DNA of 53,275 nucleotides from a virus (lineage: Duplodnaviria > Caudoviricetes): positions 1-53,275 of the IMG/VR virus record IMGVR_UViG_3300030333_004803. The stretch is one strand, 5' to 3'. Below, piece by piece: positions 30,501-36,697 of this stretch. Within the stretch, counting starts at the first letter, position 1, and every line of letters begins with the position of its first letter. The notes under the pieces were generated by a model that was not told the DNA's origin, searched no databases, and saw nothing but the letters and a program-made list of their open reading frames with translations. The position numbers and the translations under genes are program-made.

Positions 30501-30961
30501 TTGATAGGTACCAAAGACAAGTTACTACTGATATGTTTGCTATGGCTTTGGCTGCTATATTTGCAGGTTCTATATTTGAATATACCCTCGCACCACCAAT
30601 GGCATGGATGCAAGACACAGCACAATGGTTGTTTGGAGATGAAAAAGAAAGAGAAAGAGCATTTTTTACTTCCTGGCCCACAACAGCGCTCGCCCCGTTA
30701 CAACCAATCACTCCTCCTATAGCTAGATACCCATTAAACGTTTTATCTACTATAATTAATGGAGATATGGAAAAATTTGGAAGATATTATGCATGGACAT
30801 GGTTTCCATTTGGCAGGGTTGCACGAGATCTTTCTAGAAGTATTCCAAACCCTGCGATGAGCGTAGACTTTATGACTGGATTTCCTTTACATGGAGTTCA
30901 TAGAAAAGTAAGAAAATATATTGAAAATAGACAAGAACAAGAATTAGCACTGGAGATATAA
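18575..30961 (+). CDS. Giant (4128 aa) ejection polyprotein with zincin domain and single-chain two-barrel virion RNA polymerase
   Basis: HEPIH at aa 530; DTDGGIYL (D2056), GFIKAV, IKRESGTK, FTRVP (R2442), FFGGADNDGDLAYF (D2484-D2488), SNAVDAANYP (D2631). Confidence 0.85.
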   Translation: MPLDPRLYQNRGTFTSDPYARHIQTYQRQPWLFSEDQVDELEEYAKANDIEFQRQIDPSGSGLIGVANQLTSGIVEGFTTLGWADEPETTAESIAYRVGHLIGFAPDIIAGVVSGGATAGASLAKMAGKKGVKKAAQDRFSTKLAQGMQKAVKGEFGIQAAATQRASDFFGREFTRGPLALRSVPMRVADWATGAGGRMMADAGWDAAKFLQEGHWGRSIIKQAGHLGIASGVSAWQEGPEGALKASMHGAVAGAAFGGIGNFMQVDKMLKSGIPSMEAEARAIIQTVAKGMAGSAFTGIPSTMRGEDPAAQIYEYLLGFFFGASTQPAWKEAGMKVFNEASQRAETAFQPQKLDSFAKLNKSAKDFVLEQTKNAYGRYSKDANLSQAAIEILKNITGKDNPTLKDYQENFKEVNRDIVKHIDQQYQEVKEPATEIKNPSETTIVPGEQLSIEFEKKRYFQVGAEYNDKTPLATKNEIVQHVSDIMGPHATRTRDMFLKEIKENPEAVGMYVDGMVQFVEGKVTHHAAVHEPIHWFMGKVLTQQEYSFLQRQFKQKNELATEEAIVNAASEYYLGKKTFTGKVKALFQKFWRQIKTLLGKDLTDGQSVQELFDRIGTDYTIRSKDNLKDYISKDRGNLERLVDAEVSVKTEQNDYILYNDYLDFTGSKKAGKPEGRPTIHYVIDELIQVPQSRYNPRQTTLASLAEFHFPELKNVSSLDYYNPKQIAQMPAQLKEARLTLDLEYKFVNNVNDVKSEKIGFSGMYKSLSKNLKKAEKIAARDFVDRLKEKYKDQKSITKEELVKEYNEFIEKEYPFNAYIALGYENTTQKGISIPYGAENIITNIRTVENPKLIENKKVMFTGGELYDKLGHQFEILDPRFDSKIPDISSNGYGWYNFLDIKHIDPKLSISFEYQSDLFDNLAKPTSKETKPELQLHHGTRTLQESAEKEFRIVASNKAKQNIEFEMNRRGLGFVLNELVEWSGTELLFKKASFKQDSYQNTVDNYLRNSISELEGMKFSRYVNETVRSVFRDFNKKIKKIEDKYPRLKNGELDPRAISERNEAVFEMQNIADAINEIFPQAFNMSKPSEAAKKAMSYFDSFSVNGGGRSPLSKSASLWQTSPLPNETTFVNTGLFNIRRENNWSDSEYISRRQNRKTGEMPTPKEVYDNLINKELPKLYKILDSINNKDFTSAKIKRLIDLITKNHFDYKFALEDMGSTYFESARFLDRKRLLGSAKSDKLFDGPSPGTKFAELSPELRIEFINQQNIYLNIVKDIYQYLTNTSYALLKQKDNFVGLTDIPEAPFNSAGRVVGELNNKLKNTDSLIRRQASIVNQFNFTLDALNVKTTRDKLANYVIDKYDRYMDGFRFQLQDYIHEYIKIGNDLLNSQIKDNPKLHNYIKVFQEKEAFRQKQIYHALITASQNGDTRHILTGGQGSYKIQQNSQASKLYLNQGEIDALPKISYKDWRKNSFKKDMLRSDKWSHEVHFRMFGRGQGLHTMSDKEFDAWFTSQRNMGQKLTNRWMGITGNILIRRARDGNGEIIKDKWDFTTTRANPDKLGTMTFDQLKRMLKDSPRPGPFATDAQKVLKKLKIPYTYKEIKGVEGVNIVAEIPTDLDARIPRFFVPAKKDKNLPSLSKKNKRNVFAYIEKVYREEGPKKSTERLMDEYGVEILSYISEYDSRQMGDVIPRTADPEIQLALFPVDKQKNIETRLSSQDDRSMEIIPKFNVLDQLVDYIKPFSSRTSGEIRRDLDIIAVANAGNREEFFKHLYEYIPKEATDRPENFEKRVIKHLDALSQHEPRRMLYWSEENGLLYQTEMHPSTEASKKYGQNVDQTLRRVTREVSGVDQNGQPYEFSIQLKPLGQNPGYFSVAQQTYIEPTNALNPKSWRSLTLALDQNNSYVFGGNGTTGVLNTRVYHRKTNQTTLQDLKKEMFREKDFALSFQKTYEYAKDLFLGQQMHGIDAKKNPKTVAKYEQLFDKQLISNLLYSFEENGSWRTAFMEYPNVVAFNKRQPLEQGVEYMLSRADVSDLLNSRGKLEYAIVKDVPGEVGADTDGGIYLHPELFNRVAERFNQDPETGFIKAVGVVGNQKIERNGKEVNLGKNRDKAGFFRATKEMADFMDAHGLRIIKRESGTKTLGDRKTYNIDFKNGKYKFVGKGSRNPEFYEMLPEEFKVNVGIYDDARKVYGNMNMPKPVLSLINSEQFSPEAMNAAMDKITGPAIYGTAESNAIMKNYIADPKKYAEGLVTKFGDTKVGKINLDDVSHHLIMEALRMHPDKQIAKDILRFIFRKHKEYSIENPADDKTMQFNKDIETISPTLDLLENANFELAVWMQPDVFKYVNKAIMNYFIRRAFKPKWKNSGYARFIDNTEQLKQTYNVQEGEFYFGHARQSEKIEFPFNGHKRPITRGQAYKEYLKAQKQGAPKETLESMLDHLSALFTRVPAPVPSGVRFLTFRGFLKEKDGAGYGMLINERDKYFFGGADNDGDLAYFFHNMPKEIVEGYKSAKNELVKKDGSLKDIKDPKYYPLFGINESDPLFKAMNTPASTFMPSLRISAARGAFMGQNNTGPMVNSNQMLQALYSTINNQGGEMVFNANKFKLRIKLKKQANEAVAGDMLRELNLNAISNAVDAANYPNMSSARQMKEKIFNKIFEVTKVGEKGQVLKFGFSDLYKTEFMQYWRLNNLLFGWNFQQNRPHTVQEILSGLKDYRNSGIKFDSHMSKAALEFGDLNMDIDPWSFLNKKALATELRVANKLFKEENGKRFMRLIGREKLDIYGQTTFKSNIHTVNDFSDFIAARSVIYPLGERIEKAMNDLGYEQQRVYEIIDYIADKATALKNTGWKVRMDARDQDVPLADVQARIDSEIIREHGKLSDMARQLGIEPKLLTTYYDAYILSPLKFQNPDSKLSAKLKELVKLRDEYNNSELPVDEKSVALLQKEITDLNKQYNQTTRMSIGWLSTRIPREVKAAYLQEYSKEFNKYIVVPSNDPVVRVPEPNVKQSAPEPTMPEVASKIPKDVLEKTLDVDLGKITPEQQQSIDTFVRNLDQFPQFKEAINLAVPGVTAQLNLIGVPIENISFQDIRVLNRMFDQWKRGILGKKIKKGDFGKFPMKAIYNYLFYSRIDELLTPHDMKMLDVHNTPVYRISKHGSAGELSFEKTKVPMSTMGAIQKMAGHAYNYENKFVEFWEDELDRRFSFMSELKEAPEMIEIAVRHITRNGDGRDYNGSDRGNAKAVYEKMWKEIEPEYEALLKKGNVMSLKDEKGNVYKANAQEVLHKIKDTIRDFYKEWYETFLNKGYDESKVLNPKTGLLNDNWVRDEILSPMVRDLPFGRIDLKGMPAIARIEYEMSLIDLLDAQGVKGEAARKAKAAKYRLDHPPPSAEAPPIGKVPFEFYWSQMGHIDTKFAKQANIKAMQENLIAYEKAMREGTAKLATEMLEFNYRNGTITLEQGIKESINITKQRYEKALQTSVKGDNSYSESGVEWLHFKPEGVQEMSAIRMFQKPGSAMHRGYLPLPEFRRDIGVLKDYMRQWMKAYFNNIIAIRARYAIKDFERRGPVGEDTAVWRDFFLDASKNIMGYPSFFSEKIFGITHPQARAVRKFLDKGKSALSKKQLNMIKDLVQKIDEEYIAKSGGPYMASLAPLKPEDYRFKLQEMLKSTNRLKAYRTGYYAFSDQKAVQFLDKVSKKLFNGEIPFYKDFPKDPEVRKAVMTRMVHKFGIMDGKWNLMTLLAAPKSFIGNVMGGSENIIGSAGLRHFRGAINKQYLINEVFKNATFEMPGPEGKKVKVKIDSIQNLNLWLETIGVIDSYIKSEIGLDSTFKPDRNKRFAVAAGRKVAALFHKNKLDDKTLRLTLRETAREYGVSDAIVNKAAGFMRKSELINRRNAFLAHYLNAREVFSPVTDMLPWDSEALVRFGKKGLEATQFLYHSAFRTNYSNTALGKVMTRFQPFAWNSVKYRRHVYQNAKLYGFKPGTRAFDRYQRQVTTDMFAMALAAIFAGSIFEYTLAPPMAWMQDTAQWLFGDEKERERAFFTSWPTTALAPLQPITPPIARYPLNVLSTIINGDMEKFGRYYAWTWFPFGRVARDLSRSIPNPAMSVDFMTGFPLHGVHRKVRKYIENRQEQELALEI

Positions 30962-31950
30962 TGAATCCTCAACAAATGCTTCAAATGATGTTAGATAGAT
31001 TTGCACCAACAGATAATACTGATGCTATGCCTCTCGAAGGGGATAAAAAGCTTCTAATGGACTTAGCTAAAAAAAATAAACTAAAATATAGAATATGGAA
31101 TGCTATTACCCCTAATACTGAAAAATCTTACACAGATCTTGTAAAAAGTATAGAAACTGGTCAATTGCAAATCAATAGAGTTCCAGATGCTATGTGGGAA
31201 CAATATAAACAAACGGCTTTAAACCCCGAAGCTTATCAAGGGACAGATGTAAAAAATGTTGCTGGTTGGATGTCTGGAGATAAAAGATGGATTAATATTC
31301 CTGAAAGCGCTTCACCTGAAACCATTGACCATGAATTATTACATTATTTTGGAAGTCATAGACCTGGCGAAGAAGGCGCTCCTGATAGAATAAATCCTTA
31401 TATACAAGCAGATATGGATCTTGGAGGATGGCTACCTTCTTTACATCCCAATGCTGCAAGACCAATGTTACCTGGAGATAATCTTTTATCAAGATGGTGG
31501 AATAATAATATAGCATCTAATGCAATGGAAACCGATAGAGAAATGGGATATCATCCATGGGTTGGTCAAAGCGCATATAATAGGTTTACTGGACAATCAG
31601 GTGGCGGACATGTACACGACCATGGTTTTACACCTCCTCCAACGCCTGAAGCTCCAACTCCAGAACCAGATCCCAAACCAGTTCCAGAAGCCCCTAAAGC
31701 AAAAAGTTTTGGATCTTCGTTTAAAGAAGCAAGAAAGGCTGGTTTAAAAGAGTTTGAATGGAAAGGTAAAATGTATCATACTAAAACAAAGGAAGAAGTT
31801 GAACTTGCTAGAAAGATTCAAAAAGCTCAAACTGCTACTGTGCCACAACCATCTCGAGCTACACTTCCTGCTTTTGATTATGAATCTGCAATAGATTATG
31901 TTACTAAAATACAAGATAAACCTACATATAATTACAAAGTATGGTTCTAA
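30961..31950 (+). CDS. Zincin-motif virion cargo protein with Pro-rich linker
   Basis: TIDHELLHYF (HExxH); PPPTPEAPTPEPDPKP linker; SFGSSFKEARKAGLKEFEWKGKMYHT module. Confidence 0.6.
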   Translation: MNPQQMLQMMLDRFAPTDNTDAMPLEGDKKLLMDLAKKNKLKYRIWNAITPNTEKSYTDLVKSIETGQLQINRVPDAMWEQYKQTALNPEAYQGTDVKNVAGWMSGDKRWINIPESASPETIDHELLHYFGSHRPGEEGAPDRINPYIQADMDLGGWLPSLHPNAARPMLPGDNLLSRWWNNNIASNAMETDREMGYHPWVGQSAYNRFTGQSGGGHVHDHGFTPPPTPEAPTPEPDPKPVPEAPKAKSFGSSFKEARKAGLKEFEWKGKMYHTKTKEEVELARKIQKAQTATVPQPSRATLPAFDYESAIDYVTKIQDKPTYNYKVWF

Positions 31951-32032
31951 ACGCATACATGCCTTCTATTTGTAGTTTAATTAAAAAATAGCTTATTATG
32001 TTTTTGTTATTGTGGATTAGATTAAGGAAGTA

Positions 32033-32058
32033 GGGCTCTTACGAGCCCCATTTTTATT
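32033..32058. terminator. Intrinsic terminator where the two transcription arms converge
   Basis: GGGCTC-TTAC-GAGCCC followed by CATTTTTATT on the + strand. Confidence 0.7.
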
Positions 32059-32134
32059 CCTTGCTCCTTAGCCCTAGATATAGCATAAACCCTATAGCTA
32101 AAGATACTAAAAGTTTTTCCCAAAATAATTCCAT
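32054..32134 (-). CDS. 26-aa membrane peptide MELFWEKLLVSLAIGFMLYLGLRSKE (not in ORF track)
   Basis: AAGGA SD; TAATG coupling with the upstream ORF. Confidence 0.5.
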   Translation of the reverse strand: MELFWEKLLVSLAIGFMLYLGLRSKE

Positions 32135-32316
32135 TATACTTCCTTTTCATTATCTAATCTAGTTCCCTGGATATACCACCAGCCATTTCCATTCATTTTA
32201 AATATTTTACTTCTATCTTTTATATATTTAGGGTCATCTAATCCTTTGTATGGCCAATTTTCTTTACCTTTTAAATTTTGCCAATCGTGCTCGTTACCAC
32301 TAGATTTTTTCTTCAT
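32134..32316 (-). CDS. Hypothetical protein
   Basis: AAAGGAG SD; 60 aa. Confidence 0.6.
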   Translation of the reverse strand: MKKKSSGNEHDWQNLKGKENWPYKGLDDPKYIKDRSKIFKMNGNGWWYIQGTRLDNEKEV

Positions 32317-32344
32317 AGCTGCTCCTTTAGTTAATTAGTTCCAA

Positions 32345-32603
32345 TGCCTACATTACCTGAAAGATTTGAGGGCCAAGAAAAACGATTAAAACTTGACCCT
32401 CTATTAAGCGACTTTTAGCAAGTCACTTGGGCAAAATGCAGCGTAGGTTTCTAAAACCCTGTTAGCGCAATGCTTTCCTGTACTTTTAACGCTGCTAATA
32501 TTTTGCTAAGAATGGCAGCTTAATTCCCTGGTTTGTTAGAGAAGCCCCGTGCTTACAATAACAGCCAACCCAGTGAATTATAGTTATTCCTTCTTAGCAA
32601 ATT
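32345..32603 (-). ncRNA. Candidate structured RNA, four consecutive stem-loop domains
   Basis: ORF-free gap; stems TTGCTAAGAA/TTCTTAGCAA, GCAGCGT/ACGCTGC, AAGTGACTT/AAGTCGCTT, GAGGGTCAAG/CTTGGCCCTC. Confidence 0.45.
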
Positions 32604-32818
32604 TAATTTTTTAGTCCATTTTTAACGCAGTCTGGACATTTGATACGATTGCATCCGTATTTAGGGAATCCTGTGATTTTTGTGTACCACTTTTTGTTTG
32701 TTCCTTCTTGGGGGTGGAAGTCCCATACTTCTCTGCAGTCTTCGCATAAGTATGGTGATTTTGGTAGCTTTTTCCCTTTGTTGTGAGTTCTGTAGTATTC
32801 TCTGACTTGTGAATCCAT
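32603..32818 (-). CDS. Small zinc-finger protein
   Basis: CEDC...CPDC; GAAAGGA SD. Confidence 0.6.
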   Translation of the reverse strand: MDSQVREYYRTHNKGKKLPKSPYLCEDCREVWDFHPQEGTNKKWYTKITGFPKYGCNRIKCPDCVKNGLKN

Positions 32819-33069
32819 CCGTTTCCTTTCGCATGTTCTTCTTCAGCGATATACATTAGATTTATGTAATCACTTATTGTCATTGTGTTTCCTGAATCAA
32901 ACCAACACATAGTTAATTCTGTTAAAATAGCGCAGTATGTTAATTCCATATAGTTCTCCAAAGGGGGTCTCCATTGATCACGGGTCAAGTATTGAGCTTG
33001 TCCAGCTGTTGGGCCCCATCCTTTTAAATAGTTTTTTAAATACTCTTCATTTGTTAAGACTTTAGGCAT
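32611..33069 (-). CDS. Hypothetical protein whose C-terminal half overlaps the zinc-finger ORF
   Basis: ATG at 33069 overlaps the upstream stop; open to 32611. Confidence 0.45.
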   Translation of the reverse strand: MPKVLTNEEYLKNYLKGWGPTAGQAQYLTRDQWRPPLENYMELTYCAILTELTMCWFDSGNTMTISDYINLMYIAEEEHAKGNGWIHKSENTTELTTKGKSYQNHHTYAKTAEKYGTSTPKKEQTKSGTQKSQDSLNTDAIVSNVQTALKMD

Positions 33070-33220
33070 GCGCAAATTCCATTAATAACTTGTCTTTTAT
33101 GCGTTTTAAGTCTTGTATTTCTAATTTATGATTGTCATCAAAAACATCTTGATCTACTTCTAACACACCTACTTGTTTATCAATGACATATATTAGCAAT
33201 TTTAAGTCTTTTTTGTCCAT
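33062..33220 (-). CDS. 52-aa hypothetical protein (not in ORF track)
   Basis: MDKKDLKLLIYVIDKQVGVLEVD... fills the gap. Confidence 0.55.
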   Translation of the reverse strand: MDKKDLKLLIYVIDKQVGVLEVDQDVFDDNHKLEIQDLKRIKDKLLMEFAHA

Positions 33221-33543
33221 AATTTGTTTCTAACCCTTTTTGGTATGTGTTTATATAATTCTAAAAATTCATCATATTTCATTACTATCAAGGGATCTTC
33301 ACGATCTGCTTTAATTAGTTGTGCATTGACGTTATTATTCGGGATCATCCATTGACCCATAGCTTTTCTGCATTTAGCTTGTATTTTAAAGTCTTTATCA
33401 ATTACAACATCAACTTCTTCGTGCATTCCTAAAGCAGCACCATTGGAGCCCCATGCACGTTTGCACGGGACCCCTACATCTTGAGTCATTAAAACTATTA
33501 GACGTTCAAATCTACTGCCTTTTTGTTTACTTTTATTGGGCAT
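33202..33543 (-). CDS. Holliday junction resolvase (Hjc-like PD-(D/E)xK)
   Basis: KSKQKGSRFER, VDVVI, IQAK, KADREDPLIVM. Confidence 0.8.
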   Translation of the reverse strand: MPNKSKQKGSRFERLIVLMTQDVGVPCKRAWGSNGAALGMHEEVDVVIDKDFKIQAKCRKAMGQWMIPNNNVNAQLIKADREDPLIVMKYDEFLELYKHIPKRVRNKLWTKKT

Positions 33544-33751
33544 CTTCTTTGTCCCTTAACTCAATGATTTTAGCTGCAAGATATAATGATAAATCTAAAC
33601 ATTCTTCTAAAGACTCTATCATTCCGTAAGTTCCATCAATAGGCATATCTTTTTTAAACTTTTTATTGCCTAGTTCTATTCTATTCTTTAAAAGCCTTAT
33701 TATTCGATCATTAGAGCTTTGACCAAGCTTTATATGTTTATACTCATCCAT
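33533..33751 (-). CDS. Small all-alpha NTP-pyrophosphatase (MazG-like) fold protein
   Basis: RIELGNKKF...ESLEECLDLSLYL (EExxD). Confidence 0.5.
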   Translation of the reverse strand: MDEYKHIKLGQSSNDRIIRLLKNRIELGNKKFKKDMPIDGTYGMIESLEECLDLSLYLAAKIIELRDKEDAQ

Positions 33752-33911
33752 TTTTCTTTTTACCGCTATAGATTTTATCTAGTAATTGATTGATCTTTTG
33801 CACTTCTGTGTGATTATTTAGCTTTTTATATGACAATTTTACTATTTCTAGTGCTCTGACAATCAATTTAACTTCTGATTTATTAGCTACATACTTTACA
33901 GTTTTAGCCAT
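33744..33911 (-). CDS. 55-aa basic hypothetical protein (not in ORF track)
   Basis: AGGAGG SD; MAKTVKYVANKSEVKLIVRALEIVK... Confidence 0.6.
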   Translation of the reverse strand: MAKTVKYVANKSEVKLIVRALEIVKLSYKKLNNHTEVQKINQLLDKIYSGKKKNG

Positions 33912-34116
33912 CTAAGAACCTCCTTTTGAATAATTTCCATTCCCAAGTGCTAAATGTAACACTTATTTCACAATTCATTAGAGAAACACCAATAGATAAA
34001 TGGCCACCCTTATGGTTGTTATGCATAAGGGTAAAGCCAAATAATCTAATAAGGTTTATTTTGAATCCTATAGTAGAATCTAAACTAATACTTTCCACTG
34101 AAAAGAGCATATTCAT
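33904..34116 (-). CDS. Hypothetical protein
   Basis: Coupled to the upstream stop; 70 aa. Confidence 0.5.
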   Translation of the reverse strand: MNMLFSVESISLDSTIGFKINLIRLFGFTLMHNNHKGGHLSIGVSLMNCEISVTFSTWEWKLFKRRFLDG

Positions 34117-34688
34117 TACGATATTCTCAGTCTAGTTTTCTTTTCAACTTTTGCGTATTCTGTTTTACCACCCTTTTCTATAACGTGTTTACGCAGCTTT
34201 CGCTTATCAATGGATTGTACTAACTTAAGAAACTCATCTGGCACTGATTCTTCATCGGTAATTTCCAATGAACCATCACCTTCATAAATAGTATAGCTAT
34301 CAGTTGTTGTTTTAATTTGATGATTTCCACTTTTATTGGGTGTTCCTAGTAAATCTACCATATTAATAATCATTGATTTTAAACGTTCTCTGCCATTATG
34401 CAAAGAATCTTTTTTATTCATTAATGATTTAATATAGTTACGATGTACCTGCAACATTCCGTCTAATGCTTTTTCATTTTCATCAAGCTTAGATAGAACC
34501 CAATGGATATTTTCTGTTTTCTTTAATGCGACTTTTGCAAGCTCTGCAAGACCTTTCTCAATTTCTTCTTCAGTTGTGTCTTCAGGTCGTAATTCAGGAT
34601 AGTCTAGCATTTCTTGCAGCTCAATAAACGTATCAATAATTTGATAAGTTGTCAATTGTGCATTGTCTGGTTTTTTGGGTAAGCTCAT
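34116..34688 (-). CDS. Siphovirus Gp157-like protein
   Basis: Coiled coil then LEITDEESVPDEF...IDKRKLR...RLRIS C-terminus. Confidence 0.7.
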   Translation of the reverse strand: MSLPKKPDNAQLTTYQIIDTFIELQEMLDYPELRPEDTTEEEIEKGLAELAKVALKKTENIHWVLSKLDENEKALDGMLQVHRNYIKSLMNKKDSLHNGRERLKSMIINMVDLLGTPNKSGNHQIKTTTDSYTIYEGDGSLEITDEESVPDEFLKLVQSIDKRKLRKHVIEKGGKTEYAKVEKKTRLRIS

Positions 34689-34697
34689 TCTACCACC

Positions 34698-36476
34698 TTA
34701 TTGTTGTTTGAACCTAAAATTAATAGGCTCATATGCGCAATTAATAACAAATTTACCTTCATCTCTAGCTTTTAAACTAGAAATAATGCGGGTAACACTG
34801 TCTCTTAAACCTGTGATAGATATTACTTTATCAGCTTTTTGAGCGATTGATGAAGAATGTTTGCCTGAATGCACATCTAATGATCCGCCTCTTGCGTCAC
34901 CTTTAGTGATATGAGACACACCAATTAAGATGATGTCTTGCTGCGTTGCGATAGTTCTTAATTCATCAATGATCATATCCATTTTCAATGTTTGATCTTT
35001 GACATAACTGTTTACTTTTAAACAATCAATAGTATCTACCACTAAAACAGCAGGGTTTACTTCAGCTACTAACTCTTTTACTTTATCTAGCGCAGGTGGG
35101 ACCCAACCTATTCTAATATGTTTTAAAGAAGAAGACCAGGAGTTATTTTCTGTTTTATAGTGTTCATCTACTTCAGTTTTTGATTTACCTGTAGATATTT
35201 GTACAAAACGTCTATACATAAGCTTCGGATCTACTTCTAAAGACAAGAATAACGTATTTAAGTTGATACTAGTGCATAAGTTTTGGACCCATGCTGTTTT
35301 ACCCATACCTGTATCGCCGTATATTATGATCATTTCACCTGGATACATCCAGTAATCTTTATCTAGCTTATATATATTAGCTAAATTGATAGATTGTTTA
35401 GTCTGATCTTTTCTTACAGCGTCTACATACATACGTTCTAACTGTTCTGAATTAGCAATAGGCGTAATAATGTCGCCGCCTTGCATTTTTTGTTTATAAT
35501 ATATACACTTATCATCACAATATTTGTCAAAAAGTGAATCATGACAGCCAAAACGATAACCTTTATTAAAAGTATCTATAGTATGTCTTTCTACTTCATA
35601 AGCGTTCATATTACTAAACAATTGTGTATTTGCAGATATAATATACTGCAATGGTACACCTTTACGCATAAACGCAGATGTTATGCGCATAATTTTATTA
35701 TGTCTAGATCCTTCAACAGGACCTTCATCAATCATTTTCTGAACACAAGTTACTACTCCACTATAATCTTTGTCTGTATCTTCTGATATTGTTAGCTTTG
35801 AAAGCTTTGGTCTTGGAGCTTCAATAATTTTTAACAATTGATTTATAGCTTGACCTTTTACAGTGGGATATTTAAAGTTTTCTCTTGGTTTTGTTGAGAG
35901 ATCTAGTATTTCTCCGTGAGATAGTTTAAATATTTCTTGTATTGAAAATGGTGTTTTAAAATATTTAAGAGATGTTTTTTCATTTGGTGTATAACCTAAT
36001 CTTATTAACCTGGATCCGTCATATATGTTATCTGATTCAGGGAAATAATGTTTAATGGTCATTTTAACCAGTTCTGGTAGTTTATTATTAGGCTCAAAAC
36101 CAAAAATATCAGGTATCGCTATATGATAGCCTGTTCCTGAGAACCATGGTTTAATAGCATCTGGATGTATTTCATATTCATTGATCATTCTGTCAATAAC
36201 ATCTTTTGTTTTCTCATGAGTATGCTCATCAGTGTTTTGACCTTTATCAATGTCTAAAATAATTTGATCTAAATAATATTTACCACGATAGTTTTTTATA
36301 GTTTTTCTTATTTCAAAATGGCGTACTATTTCTTCATCAAAAGAGTACAGTGTTCTGAATATAGGGCCTGAGTGTCGTTTTATTGTTTCAGATATCTCAG
36401 CCACAGGGATGATAACACCCCTATGGCCTGGATGATCTATGGCAATTTCGACAAATCTACTTTCTTTATTAGCCAT
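34698..36476 (-). CDS. AEP primase-polymerase with PriL-like Cys domain and RecA-fold (DnaB-like) helicase
   Basis: ILDID, FSGTGYHI, RLIRL; CVQKM/GSRHN/GC/YCDDKC; Walker A GDTGMGKT, LSLEV, VLVVD, VSH, LKAR. Confidence 0.85.
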   Translation of the reverse strand: MANKESRFVEIAIDHPGHRGVIIPVAEISETIKRHSGPIFRTLYSFDEEIVRHFEIRKTIKNYRGKYYLDQIILDIDKGQNTDEHTHEKTKDVIDRMINEYEIHPDAIKPWFSGTGYHIAIPDIFGFEPNNKLPELVKMTIKHYFPESDNIYDGSRLIRLGYTPNEKTSLKYFKTPFSIQEIFKLSHGEILDLSTKPRENFKYPTVKGQAINQLLKIIEAPRPKLSKLTISEDTDKDYSGVVTCVQKMIDEGPVEGSRHNKIMRITSAFMRKGVPLQYIISANTQLFSNMNAYEVERHTIDTFNKGYRFGCHDSLFDKYCDDKCIYYKQKMQGGDIITPIANSEQLERMYVDAVRKDQTKQSINLANIYKLDKDYWMYPGEMIIIYGDTGMGKTAWVQNLCTSINLNTLFLSLEVDPKLMYRRFVQISTGKSKTEVDEHYKTENNSWSSSLKHIRIGWVPPALDKVKELVAEVNPAVLVVDTIDCLKVNSYVKDQTLKMDMIIDELRTIATQQDIILIGVSHITKGDARGGSLDVHSGKHSSSIAQKADKVISITGLRDSVTRIISSLKARDEGKFVINCAYEPINFRFKQQ

Positions 36477-36697
36477 CTGTTTTGCCTTTCTCCTGGAATT
36501 TTAGCATTAGCAACTTCTAGAGCGGGACTAGCTTTCAGCATTCTAAAAGTTCTTTCTATAGTACTAACTAAATGCAATTTTCCATAATTTGCTCTAATAT
36601 AATCACGAGCTTCTTCAAACTCACTTGATTTGATATATGGATTAGTATTATGTCTGTGCTGTAGCCAATTTCCAACAGAATGTTTTAATTTAATCAA
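36437..36697 (-). CDS. Putative winged-helix DNA-binding protein
   Basis: STIERTFRMLK helix followed by a beta-hairpin; lies in the replication operon. Confidence 0.4.
   Translation of the reverse strand: MIKLKHSVGNWLQHRHNTNPYIKSSEFEEARDYIRANYGKLHLVSTIERTFRMLKASPALEVANAKIPGERQNRWLIKKVDLSKLP

Noticed and set aside
487-31956. Short alternative-frame and antisense ORFs in the structural arm (e.g. 487-765, 3269-3463, 5081-5320, 9179-9442, 10706-10996, 30389-30722, 31292-31956)
   Set aside because: Nested in or opposite long genes, lacking SD and with unnatural composition; shadow ORFs
32345-32603. tmRNA, SRP or 6S RNA
   Set aside because: No tRNA-like ends or tag ORF, no SRP domain IV motif and no single 6S-type rod with a central bubble
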